The notes beneath the pieces were generated by a model that was not told the DNA's origin, did not search any database, and was given only the letters and a program-made list of their open reading frames with translations. A DNA stretch of 32,000 bases from Desulfocapsa sulfexigens DSM 10523 (lineage in GTDB: Bacteria > Desulfobacterota > Desulfobulbia > Desulfobulbales > Desulfocapsaceae). Positions 1 to 8,619 of the stretch are shown here, piece after piece. The stretch is taken from assembly GCF_000341395.1 (NCBI RefSeq), contig NC_020304.1, forward strand, positions 3,750,001 to 3,782,000, in the 5' to 3' direction. The stretch's first letter is position 1, and each line of letters begins with the position of its first letter. The position numbers and the translations under genes are program-made.

Positions 1-2
1 CA

Positions 3-821
3 AGACGATCGCCTCAGGAACTGCTGCAGGTACAGAATCTACAAAGAAAACTGCAGGAAAAAGAAACAGAACTGACAACTCTGATTAAAGAAAAGTTAAG
101 CAGCCTGCAAGTCGAAAAGGAAAAGCATCTCTGCCGGGAAACTGCCGCAGAAATAGAACCACTGCTTATGGAGAGTGAAAAACAGCTGGAAACGCTTCAG
201 GAGGAATCAGTAACTGCAAAAGAACAGCTCAAGAGAAACAGCCTGGATAAGGGAAAATCCGCTACACAGCTGATAGCTATCGCGACACAGAAGAAAAAGG
301 TGAGCAGTTGGAACACTCTTCATATGCTTATCGGATCTGCCGATGGAAAAAAATTCAGAAATTTTGCACAGGGCCTCACCTTTGAGCTGATGGTTCATCA
401 TGCAAATAATCATCTTCGGAAAATGAGTGACAGATACATTCTGACCAGAGACAGCATCCATCCGCTTGACCTCAATGTCATCGATACTTATCAGGCAGAT
501 GAGGTTCGTTCGACCAAAAATCTATCTGGCGGTGAATCCTTTCTAGTCAGCCTGGCCCTTTCACTGGGACTATCCAAAATGGCATCCCATAATGTCAGGG
601 TTGATTCTCTGTTTCTTGACGAAGGATTTGGAACACTGGATGAAGATGCACTGGAATCGGCCCTTGAAACACTGGCTCAGTTGCGTGACGAGAACAAGCT
701 TATTGGAATTATCTCCCATGTGGGCGCATTAAAAGAACGTATTCCCCTGCAGATAGAAATCATTCCGGGAAGCAGGGGAAAGAGCACCATTAGTGGGCCG
801 GGTGTCTCACGGGGGGTCTAA
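3..821 (+). CDS. sbcC: Exonuclease SbcC C-terminal part (5' truncated by window edge)
   Basis: Frame is open from the window edge through the listed ORF at 168. Coiled-coil region, then NLSGGESFLVSLALSLGLS (ABC signature) and VDSLFLDEGFGTLDEDALESALETL (Walker B/D-loop), typical of SbcC. Confidence 0.93.
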   Translation, partial: RRSPQELLQVQNLQRKLQEKETELTTLIKEKLSSLQVEKEKHLCRETAAEIEPLLMESEKQLETLQEESVTAKEQLKRNSLDKGKSATQLIAIATQKKKVSSWNTLHMLIGSADGKKFRNFAQGLTFELMVHHANNHLRKMSDRYILTRDSIHPLDLNVIDTYQADEVRSTKNLSGGESFLVSLALSLGLSKMASHNVRVDSLFLDEGFGTLDEDALESALETLAQLRDENKLIGIISHVGALKERIPLQIEIIPGSRGKSTISGPGVSRGV

Positions 822-1102
822 TGGGCTGCTGCAGAAAACTTATAAACCACTATTCCTCATCCAGGCGTGGCGTCTTCTGCCTTCGATGGGTTTTGCCATT
901 ACAGATTTTAGCCGTTGGCAGCCTTGTGACACATCTTCTCTATAAGATTTTTTTCAAGCCTCCAGCCTATTCATCTATCATCACTGTTGCTCACATCTTT
1001 TTCGCTTTTATGATTCTTGCCGAATGCCGCAGAAGCATTCGGTATCACAGTGCTCTCAAGGAACTGGAAGCGCTCGAGGAGAGAAGAAGAGCATTACGAT
1101 AA
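821..1102 (+). CDS. Small predicted membrane protein of unknown function
   Basis: 93 aa ORF whose ATG overlaps the sbcC stop (TAATG). Two hydrophobic stretches, then a charged coiled-coil-like tail (ALKELEALEERRRALR). The exact start is uncertain. Confidence 0.45.
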   Translation: MGCCRKLINHYSSSRRGVFCLRWVLPLQILAVGSLVTHLLYKIFFKPPAYSSIITVAHIFFAFMILAECRRSIRYHSALKELEALEERRRALR

Positions 1103-1160
1103 AATCAATCGTTTGCATAATGTAGAGATTGAACGAAAGGGCAATTTTTCAAGCAAGCCT

Positions 1161-1517
1161 TTAGATATCAGCCGGCTTCTCATCCAACTCCTTTCCGATT
1201 CGCCAGGCATCAATAACCGATGCCAGCCAGCAGCAGAACATAATAAAAAACGATATTTTCAAAAATACTGAAGAGGCAGTTGTTGAAGCTTCTGCGACAA
1301 TACCCATCACCCTTGGTATGGTAGCCACCTCTCCCGCAGCAACAATATCCTGCAACATAACAACAGCTTGACGAACAACAGCGGTAACACAGAGAATCCC
1401 ACTGATGAAAGCAAGGACGAAAAAGACGGCTCCGCGACGGTACCTTGAGAGAATAATCTGTCCTGCTCCGGGAAAAATAAGAGCAGAAAAGAGTACTCCT
1501 TTAATTACATTACTCAT
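1161..1517 (-). CDS. Small multi-pass membrane protein of unknown function
   Basis: Likely start is MSNVIKGVLFSALIFPGAGQI at 1517 rather than 1577. GAGQIILSRYRRGAVFF motif and hydrophobic helices. Confidence 0.65.
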   Translation of the reverse strand: MSNVIKGVLFSALIFPGAGQIILSRYRRGAVFFVLAFISGILCVTAVVRQAVVMLQDIVAAGEVATIPRVMGIVAEASTTASSVFLKISFFIMFCCWLASVIDAWRIGKELDEKPADI

Positions 1518-1709
1518 GAATTTAGTCCTTCTAAAATATTGGCTTCCAGGAACTTCTGAAAGAGTCTCGGCACACACAGCAACAGGAAAAACCCTTGTAT
1601 TTCCAACTTGCTATTTCATATTTTGTATTATACCCTTAACCATAAATGTTTTGTTCACTTTTTATTGAGAACATAGCCAATCAAAACAGATGCCACCAAG
1701 TAATACCAT

Positions 1710-2540
1710 ATGACACACCAAGATCCACCTATATTTATTACCTTTGGAAACCGCAAAGGAGGAGTCGGCAAGACAACCTCTGTTATCAATCTTGCAAGTT
1801 ACCTGGCAATCCTTGGAAAAAAAATTCTGATCGTCGATACAGATCCTCAGTCTAACTGTTCCTCTGTTCTACTCAAAAATCTGGACGACAGAAACAAACA
1901 CTCTCTTATTAAGGCACTTGAAGCTCCAGAAGGAGAAGGGTTGCTCTCTCGATTTGCCTGCGAAACACATCATCCCAATTTACAAATCATTCCGAATACA
2001 ACACAATGCATGCTCTGGGAAAGGAAAAATGCAGGACACTCCGACGCAGTTTTAGGAATCAGGCGCCTCATTAACCAGGATCCCACATTAAACGAATACG
2101 ATTTTGTTTTTTTTGATACCCCGCCAACCCTTGGGGTGATGATGAATAATGCTCTTATGGCATCTGATTATGTTATCATTCCAATTCCTCCATCCGACCA
2201 ATTTGCACTCGATGGACTGGCGGCGTATCTTGAGCTTATCGGGGGAATCCGGAAGCATAACAGTAGACTGAAACTTCTGGCTGTACTTATAACTAAATAC
2301 GATCCCAATTGGGGAAGTTCTGCTTACAAACTCAATCAGATAATAAAATATTTCACTCAGAGACGAATAAGTATTTTTCGCACCCATATCCACAATTGCC
2401 CAGAAATCGATATGGCTCACGTAAAAAGAAAGCCGGTAATTATATCTGCACCCAACAGCAGTGGTGCCAATGAATACGCCACATTGGGGCGGGAATTACT
2501 GGAGATTTTTAATGTAATTCATGGAAAAAGATTCATTTAA
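1710..2540 (+). CDS. ParA/MinD-family ATPase (orphan, no adjacent ParB)
   Basis: Canonical deviant Walker A GNRKGGVGKTTSVINLA, ILIVDTDPQSN, and YDFVFFDTPPTLGVMMNNAL. Confidence 0.93.
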   Translation: MTHQDPPIFITFGNRKGGVGKTTSVINLASYLAILGKKILIVDTDPQSNCSSVLLKNLDDRNKHSLIKALEAPEGEGLLSRFACETHHPNLQIIPNTTQCMLWERKNAGHSDAVLGIRRLINQDPTLNEYDFVFFDTPPTLGVMMNNALMASDYVIIPIPPSDQFALDGLAAYLELIGGIRKHNSRLKLLAVLITKYDPNWGSSAYKLNQIIKYFTQRRISIFRTHIHNCPEIDMAHVKRKPVIISAPNSSGANEYATLGRELLEIFNVIHGKRFI

Positions 2541-2715
2541 AACCATAGCGATGGAAATATTGATTCAACACAAAACAAAGAGCGTCGTATTCCAGGTTCC
2601 TTACCCGAACCATTACCCGAGGTGCAAATAACATTATTTTTGGTTATATTCATTAGACAGAGAACGCTTCTTCCGTATAAACTTTTTCCCAGGCAACAAT
2701 CTGCTATCAGCTGAC

Positions 2716-3768
2716 ATGTCAAAAAAGAACACAAACGCAACTGACCATTGCAGCACTACTTATTCAGCAGATACAATCGACCCCTTTGAAGGGCTCAATC
2801 TCGAAGATATCTGTGTTTCTCCCCATGACATAGAAAAAGCATCACCTGAAAAAGACCTTGGCAATGAACTGTTTGGCCTTAATCCCCTGGATGGTATTGA
2901 CCTGGAAGATTTGTCTGTAAATCCTGACACTATTGCTTCAGCTCATTCGAGCACTAACGGACCTCCCCAAGGATCAGACAACATCAATTTTGTCATCACC
3001 CCCGACAACAAACCAACCAAGGAAGACAAGCAGCAACAAGCAATAAAAAGACCAGTACGCTCTCTATCAAAAGACACTTCTCATCTCCCGGTAAAACAAA
3101 AAAAAGCAATTATTGACCCGATTATCGAAAGAGCATATCACTATGCAGAACTCACTCAGATAAGAGAAAAAGTGTTCTCCAGTCTCGAGAAATCAGGTGG
3201 CAATACTCTTCTTATTGCCAGTCCTCACGACAATACAGGAAGCAGTCTTCTTGCTGCAGCGCTTGGATATAATGCTGCCTGTTCCTGTCAGAAGAGCGTC
3301 CTTTTGATAGACTGCAACATGCGTCGTGCAGGCTTACACAACCTTTTCAACATTCCGCAACTCTATGGGTTTACCGAACTTATCAAGAACAATCTTCCCT
3401 GGCAGGCAGTGGTGAAAAAGACAGGCGTGGAAAATTTAAGTGTCATTACCGCTGGTGAGCACTGTGATAATTTTTCTGAGTATATTCGATATTCACACAT
3501 TCCTGAACTTCTCAACGACATCAGAAACCATTATGATCTGATTATCATTGATACCTCTCCCGTCCTTGCTCCGAACCGCAACAATGTTAATATCGTCTCC
3601 CTCACTTCCGAGGCGGATTATTTCCTTCTCATCACCAAACAATCCGGGACCACAAAAGACGATTTGATAGAAGCAAAGAACGTCATTGAAGCGGGAAATG
3701 GTACAATTGACGGAATAGTCATCAATGAACACACCCCGGACAAAAAAATTGCTCCGTACCCAAATTAA
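2716..3768 (+). CDS. CpsD/CapB/EpsG-like BY-kinase family protein with degenerate Walker A
   Basis: VLLIDCNMRRAGLHNLF (Walker A'-like), YDLIIIDTSPVL (Walker B), directly upstream of a Wzz-like gene. The P-loop position reads ASPHDNTGSSLLAAAL, with no Lys. Confidence 0.85.
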   Translation: MSKKNTNATDHCSTTYSADTIDPFEGLNLEDICVSPHDIEKASPEKDLGNELFGLNPLDGIDLEDLSVNPDTIASAHSSTNGPPQGSDNINFVITPDNKPTKEDKQQQAIKRPVRSLSKDTSHLPVKQKKAIIDPIIERAYHYAELTQIREKVFSSLEKSGGNTLLIASPHDNTGSSLLAAALGYNAACSCQKSVLLIDCNMRRAGLHNLFNIPQLYGFTELIKNNLPWQAVVKKTGVENLSVITAGEHCDNFSEYIRYSHIPELLNDIRNHYDLIIIDTSPVLAPNRNNVNIVSLTSEADYFLLITKQSGTTKDDLIEAKNVIEAGNGTIDGIVINEHTPDKKIAPYPN

Positions 3769-3791
3769 CATTACGGCATATAACTCAGACA

Positions 3792-4871
3792 ATGAACCCA
3801 CCAACTCAACCCGGACCAATAGACCCGCAATTCTTCATTGCCAAATATCTTACCCCTGTTCTCGAGCATAAATGGCTTGTTTTGCTCACCACATTTATTG
3901 GCCTGCTGGTTTCCCTACCTGTAAGCTTCGTGGTCCAACCGGAATATAGCAGTAAAGCCACAACGCAACTGGAAACCCCCCGAGCCCAGATGATCTCAGA
4001 AGTTACAGAGGAAATCACCTCACGGACGGGGGACCAGAACTACATAACCGCAGCTGTTGAGCGAATGCATAGCACCGCCTTCCAGACAGAGGTCTTTAAA
4101 ATCCTCCCCAAACAGCTGCAAAAAGATCTGGAAACACCACTGGGAGTCAAGGGACAGTTAATGAAAAAGGCTGCCCCATATTTAGACAGACTCCTCAAGG
4201 GGGACGCTGTTGATCCCACCACCCTGGCAACAATCACTCCTGAACGTCTCAACAAACTCAGCAATCGGGTTGTAATAGAAGGAATTCCAAGACAGGGGAT
4301 CATTCAGATAACAGGAACAACCTATGCCCAGGAAATGGCCACTGTCTTAGTTCAAAGTTATATTGACATATGGGTTGCCCTGAACATGGAAACCAATAAA
4401 AGCCTGATCCGCCATGAACTTGGGTTCACCGAAAACCAGAAGGATGAGTACTTCAAACAGTTAAAAGATTCAGAAAAAGAACTTCGCCTCTTCAAACAGA
4501 AATTTGAAATTCCCCCTGCGCTCTCATCGATAACCGATATGGAACTTCAAGCGCAACTGGACGTACTGCAAAATAAGGTGGAGAATGCAAAAGAACGCTA
4601 TAAACGAATAGACGATATTTATCTGGATCTGGTTCGAAAGGAAAAATCCGTAGTAAATAACATCAAGGTTATAAACCCACCGCAAACACCACTGGAACCA
4701 TCTAAAAATATCCGTCTGCTTATTATCCTTATCGGGTTGCTTGCAGGTGCTGCCACTGCAATTGTCCCCATCCTGATATGGGACTATTATCGAGGAAACA
4801 TTCGTCACAAAAAAGATATTTTAAGTGCAGTCAACATACCCATTATAGGAAAACTGCCGACCATAAAATAA
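3792..4871 (+). CDS. Wzz/GumC-like polysaccharide chain-length determinant
   Basis: N-terminal TM (KWLVLLTTFIGLLVSLPVSFVV), coiled coil, C-terminal TM (IRLLIILIGLLAGAATAIVPILIW) and IPIIGKLPTIK end. Confidence 0.9.
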   Translation: MNPPTQPGPIDPQFFIAKYLTPVLEHKWLVLLTTFIGLLVSLPVSFVVQPEYSSKATTQLETPRAQMISEVTEEITSRTGDQNYITAAVERMHSTAFQTEVFKILPKQLQKDLETPLGVKGQLMKKAAPYLDRLLKGDAVDPTTLATITPERLNKLSNRVVIEGIPRQGIIQITGTTYAQEMATVLVQSYIDIWVALNMETNKSLIRHELGFTENQKDEYFKQLKDSEKELRLFKQKFEIPPALSSITDMELQAQLDVLQNKVENAKERYKRIDDIYLDLVRKEKSVVNNIKVINPPQTPLEPSKNIRLLIILIGLLAGAATAIVPILIWDYYRGNIRHKKDILSAVNIPIIGKLPTIK

Positions 4872-4912
4872 AAACGGCCTATCCTCTGACAGGTTCATCA
4901 GATTATTCAGTC

Positions 4913-6391
4913 ATGAGCAAACTATTATTCCCCCCAACTCTGCTTCTTTTTGTAACGTGCTGCTGGAGTAATCATGCATTTGCTCGCCTCAATACGCTCA
5001 CCAGTGGAGTATCAATCAACTATGATTATGATGAAACTGCGTATAAGAAAGACGAATCGTCAGAACTTTCCACGGCTGGGCAAGACAGTTCTCTTAACCA
5101 GATCAGCCTTTCCCCTCTTCTCATTGTGACAAGTGAAAGTAGCATTGATAGCCTCACCATTCGATTAAATCCAAGTTTTGCCTACGATCAGGAGGCAAGC
5201 CAGAGCGACATCGATCATAACTTTCTTATTTCCGCACATCGGGATCTCAACAACCGCCTTCGGTTAACCTTCAATAATCATTTCATTTATTCGGATGATC
5301 CGGAACTCATTAAAGATGAAGACTCTTCTGACTACAATAAGGGCCGTAAACGATACTGGAGGAACGATCTCACCCTGGGGACAACATACACCTACGCGAC
5401 CAACAGTTCAGTTGGTGGTGGCTACGCTTACCGCATGTTACGAAACGATGACACGGGTATTGGTGGCTATGAAGATTACGATAAACACACTGCAAATATT
5501 TCCTTACGACACCACTTTGATCGATCTTGGAATATCGATTTTTATTCCAGTTATACTCGAGGATTATTTGACCCACCCGATCAGGAGTCAGTTGAAACCA
5601 TCGGAAATGAGTTGGAAAAAACGGACCCGGGTATTACTGAGGGCATAAATACCGACTCTCTTTCAAATGACCTGTCGGAATATCGAACCGCGACCACAGT
5701 TAACTGGGTGTTCTCTTCTCATAAAACATTTTTAATCACCCATAGCTTTGTCGGCAGTAACTACGATGCCATCCTTCGAAACGACAGTAACCTCCACGAT
5801 CTCACATTTGGCGCCCAATACAAACACAGCAAACAACTTTCTTTTGAACTCGGTGGTGGGCCATCCTATGAAAAGAAAGAGTCTTTTGATGCAAACTGGG
5901 GCTATAATGCTCACCTGAATAGTAACTACAACATTTCCAAACATTCAAGCATCTCTGCAGGGGTAGAAAAAGGCTACGATATCCAGAATTTTTCACAAAA
6001 CAATAACGCCCTTGGCAAGGATCAGGGACTTACTGATTTCTGGAAATGGAACATCAATTTTACCCACAAACTGACAAAAAACATCGACACCTCATTGTGG
6101 ATTAATTACCGGGATGAGAAACAGGAAAGCATTCTGTATGCCCTGGCTAACAATCCAGAAACTGAAGTAAGTAGTGGAGGGATAAACAATGAAACGACCA
6201 GGGAAGAATCTGTGTTCTCTCGAAAAATATATGAAGCTGGCACTTCACTTAAATACTCTTTTCTTCAGTGGTATACAGCATCCTTGAGATATACATTCAG
6301 GCAGCAGGACTCAGAGGAAATTAACGATAGTTATGATGAACATCGTGTATTTTTGAGTCTTTCGGCTCAAAAAGAATTACTTCGGTGGTGA
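4913..6391 (+). CDS. Outer-membrane beta-barrel protein of exosortase/PEP-CTERM-type EPS loci
   Basis: Signal peptide MSKLLFPPTLLLFVTCCWSNHAFA at 4913 (the listed ORF start 4778 overlaps wzz). Alternating hydrophobic/aromatic strands throughout; terminal aromatic residue W. Confidence 0.8.
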   Translation: MSKLLFPPTLLLFVTCCWSNHAFARLNTLTSGVSINYDYDETAYKKDESSELSTAGQDSSLNQISLSPLLIVTSESSIDSLTIRLNPSFAYDQEASQSDIDHNFLISAHRDLNNRLRLTFNNHFIYSDDPELIKDEDSSDYNKGRKRYWRNDLTLGTTYTYATNSSVGGGYAYRMLRNDDTGIGGYEDYDKHTANISLRHHFDRSWNIDFYSSYTRGLFDPPDQESVETIGNELEKTDPGITEGINTDSLSNDLSEYRTATTVNWVFSSHKTFLITHSFVGSNYDAILRNDSNLHDLTFGAQYKHSKQLSFELGGGPSYEKKESFDANWGYNAHLNSNYNISKHSSISAGVEKGYDIQNFSQNNNALGKDQGLTDFWKWNINFTHKLTKNIDTSLWINYRDEKQESILYALANNPETEVSSGGINNETTREESVFSRKIYEAGTSLKYSFLQWYTASLRYTFRQQDSEEINDSYDEHRVFLSLSAQKELLRW

Positions 6392-6531
6392 ATAGAGAAA
6401 TTCAGCTTCAATATCTGGTATACACCGAAGTCACACAACAACAAACATCATTCCAAATACTTTCTGGAGCATTAGCTCTTTAGACAATGGACCATATTTT
6501 AGCCATAACAGAGCAAAAATCCAGATTAAAG

Positions 6532-6567
6532 ATAACATATTGACCATATAGACAAAGATGTTATAAT
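6532..6567 (+). promoter_or_regulatory. Predicted sigma70 promoter and flanking inverted repeat (possible HipB operator) for hipBA
   Basis: TTGACC (6540-6545), 16-nt spacer, TATAAT (6562-6567). Perfect 7-bp inverted repeat ATAACAT (6532-6538) ... ATGTTAT (6558-6564) brackets and overlaps the promoter. Confidence 0.6.
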
Positions 6568-6573
6568 GGCGAG

Positions 6574-6876
6574 ATGATACCATCCCTTATCACCCCCATT
6601 GAAGTTCAATCCCAGTTAGCGCAGCGCTTTAAGATGCTGCGACTGAGTGCCGGCTACAAACGCTCAACACTGAGTAAACGTGCTGGTGTTAGCGAATCAT
6701 CACTGAAGCGCTTTGAAAACAGTGGAGAAATATCCTTAAGAAATCTTCTGCGCCTTACCCATTCAATCGGCCACCTCCAAGACTTCAATTCTCTTTTTCA
6801 ACTGCCTGATGCAACAAGCCTGGCTGAATTAAAAGAAAATATAGAAAAAAAGACACCAAAACGCGGCAGGTTTTAA
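6574..6876 (+). CDS. hipB: HipB-like XRE/HTH antitoxin
   Basis: HTH signature (RFKMLRLSAGYKRSTLSKRAGVSESSLKRFENSG) immediately upstream of hipA (1-nt gap). Confidence 0.88.
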   Translation: MIPSLITPIEVQSQLAQRFKMLRLSAGYKRSTLSKRAGVSESSLKRFENSGEISLRNLLRLTHSIGHLQDFNSLFQLPDATSLAELKENIEKKTPKRGRF

Positions 6877-6877
6877 G

Positions 6878-8116
6878 ATGGCACCAGGATACAGGGAAAT
6901 AGAAGTTCGGTTTCACAAAGATCCAGATACTGAATTTGCAGTAGGTACATTGGCAGAAAAAAATAATACGTTATTTTTTGAATACAATTCCGAATGGATC
7001 TCTAAAAAGTTAGAGTTATCTCCCTTTACTCTCCCTCTTCAATCTCCTCTTTTTACTCACCAAGATCACCGCTTTGGGCCGATCTTTGGTTTGTTTGACG
7101 ATTCACTCCCTGATGGTTGGGGGTTATTACTGATGGATCGTTTTTTCCGTAGCCAAAACATTAATCCCGCTGCTATCTCAATACTCGACAGACTACTCTA
7201 CCTCGGCAACAACACCATGGGTGCTCTAACCTATCACCCGTCAACCGAAAGAACAGATGGATCCGACCTGCTTGATCTTCACAAACTTGCAACAGAAGCC
7301 ATAAACGTTTTCGGTGGTAAGTCCAATGATATCCTTCCTCAACTCATGAGAGCAGGAGGTAGCCCCGGTGGCGCACGACCTAAAGTTCTCATCGGTTTTA
7401 ATCCAACCACTCTCGATATGGTTTCTGGAGAAAGTGACATTCCACCAGGTTTTGAGCACTGGATAGTCAAATTTTCCGCCAGAGAAGATTTGGCAGATGC
7501 AGGCCCGGTTGAATATGCCTATTCTAAAATGGCTGTTGCAGCCGGTATCATGATGGAAGAAACAAAACTTTTCAGTACCAGTAATGATGAACTTTTTTTT
7601 GGGGTAAAACGTTTTGATAGACGCCCTGACAACAGACGTCTCCACATCCATACTTTTGGAAACCTTATCCATGCAAACTTCAGAATACCAAGTTGCGATT
7701 ACGGTGACCTTTTTAAAGCTACCAGCATTTTGACCAGGAACTACCAGGATATTGAGAGCGTCTATCGGTTAATGGTTTTCAATGTTTTGGCTCACAATCG
7801 TGACGATCACGTGAAAAATTTTTCTTTTATATTAGATGATCAAACAGGACAATGGTCACTGGCACCAGCCTATGATTTAACGTTTTCCCGAGGCCCTGGT
7901 GGTGAGCACACGACTACAGTACTTGGTGAAGGGATGAAACCGACTAAACAATTACTCCTGCAACTTGCTGAACAGGCAGGTATTACCAAACCTCGTGCTG
8001 AAGAACTTTTCAAAGAAACAAAAGAAGCAGTATCTCGATGGCCTGAGTTTGCTGCTCTTGCTGGAGTCAGGAAAAACGTAATTGATGAGGTGTCCTCTTT
8101 TCTTTTGGATATCTGA
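6878..8116 (+). CDS. hipA: HipA-family serine/threonine kinase toxin
   Basis: GPIFGLFDDSLPDGWG, MRAGGSPGGARPKVLIG, NVLAHNRDDHVKNFSF and WSLAPAYDLTFS are all characteristic HipA motifs. Full length. Confidence 0.95.
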   Translation: MAPGYREIEVRFHKDPDTEFAVGTLAEKNNTLFFEYNSEWISKKLELSPFTLPLQSPLFTHQDHRFGPIFGLFDDSLPDGWGLLLMDRFFRSQNINPAAISILDRLLYLGNNTMGALTYHPSTERTDGSDLLDLHKLATEAINVFGGKSNDILPQLMRAGGSPGGARPKVLIGFNPTTLDMVSGESDIPPGFEHWIVKFSAREDLADAGPVEYAYSKMAVAAGIMMEETKLFSTSNDELFFGVKRFDRRPDNRRLHIHTFGNLIHANFRIPSCDYGDLFKATSILTRNYQDIESVYRLMVFNVLAHNRDDHVKNFSFILDDQTGQWSLAPAYDLTFSRGPGGEHTTTVLGEGMKPTKQLLLQLAEQAGITKPRAEELFKETKEAVSRWPEFAALAGVRKNVIDEVSSFLLDI

Positions 8117-8139
8117 CATCATTCTCCTAAGTTAGAAGA

Positions 8140-8619
8140 TTAATCAGCAAGAAAGTCTCGAATTGTTTTGATCAGCAGAGGACTAGGATCGATATTCCTA
8201 ATCTCATGTTCAAATTTTTCTCCTCCAGAGAACTTTTCTAGCTTCTCCACCAATTCTGTCTCATCAAAAGCAACGGTTATATAATTAAGTGCTAAAAACC
8301 GTTGAGCAGTTGCAAACTGATGATCGTTTCGGTGTTCCCCCAATGCAGCTTTCCTGGGCATAACGATTATCGGTTTCCCTAGCTCTAAGGCTGTTATGAT
8401 AGTCCCCATACCAGCATGCGCAATAATCACATCTGCTTCTAGGAATTTCTTGTTAAATTCATCAGGGTTAAGGAATTTTTCATATCCAATTTTTTTTGGT
8501 CGCCACTCTGTCTCACCAATCTGGGCAAAAATCTCCTGGCCAAGTTTTTGAGCACATTCATCCACAGCACGAACCAGCCGATCGAATGGTAATTGCTCTC
8601 CCACCGTAACAAATATCAC
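8140..8619 (-). CDS. Alg13/PssE-like glycosyltransferase subunit (GT28 C-terminal domain)
   Basis: MIFVTVGEQLPFDRLVRAVDE, ADVIIAHAGMGTIITALELGKPIIVMPRKAALGEHRNDHQ. Confidence 0.9.
   Translation of the reverse strand: MIFVTVGEQLPFDRLVRAVDECAQKLGQEIFAQIGETEWRPKKIGYEKFLNPDEFNKKFLEADVIIAHAGMGTIITALELGKPIIVMPRKAALGEHRNDHQFATAQRFLALNYITVAFDETELVEKLEKFSGGEKFEHEIRNIDPSPLLIKTIRDFLAD

Noticed and set aside
1578-1709. Search for a JUMPstart/ops (GGCGGTAG) element ahead of the EPS genes
   Set aside because: No match recognised; no support for RfaH-type antitermination from sequence alone.
2088-2420. 110 aa minus-strand ORF
   Set aside because: Antisense to the parA-like gene; no domain features.
2541-2715. 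PEPLPE-like translated string in the gap after parA, considered as a PEP-CTERM sorting motif
   Set aside because: Not in a supported ORF and without the required downstream TM helix and basic tail.
4778-4912. 45-residue N-terminal extension of the beta-barrel ORF
   Set aside because: Overlaps the wzz-like gene, while a convincing signal peptide begins at 4913.
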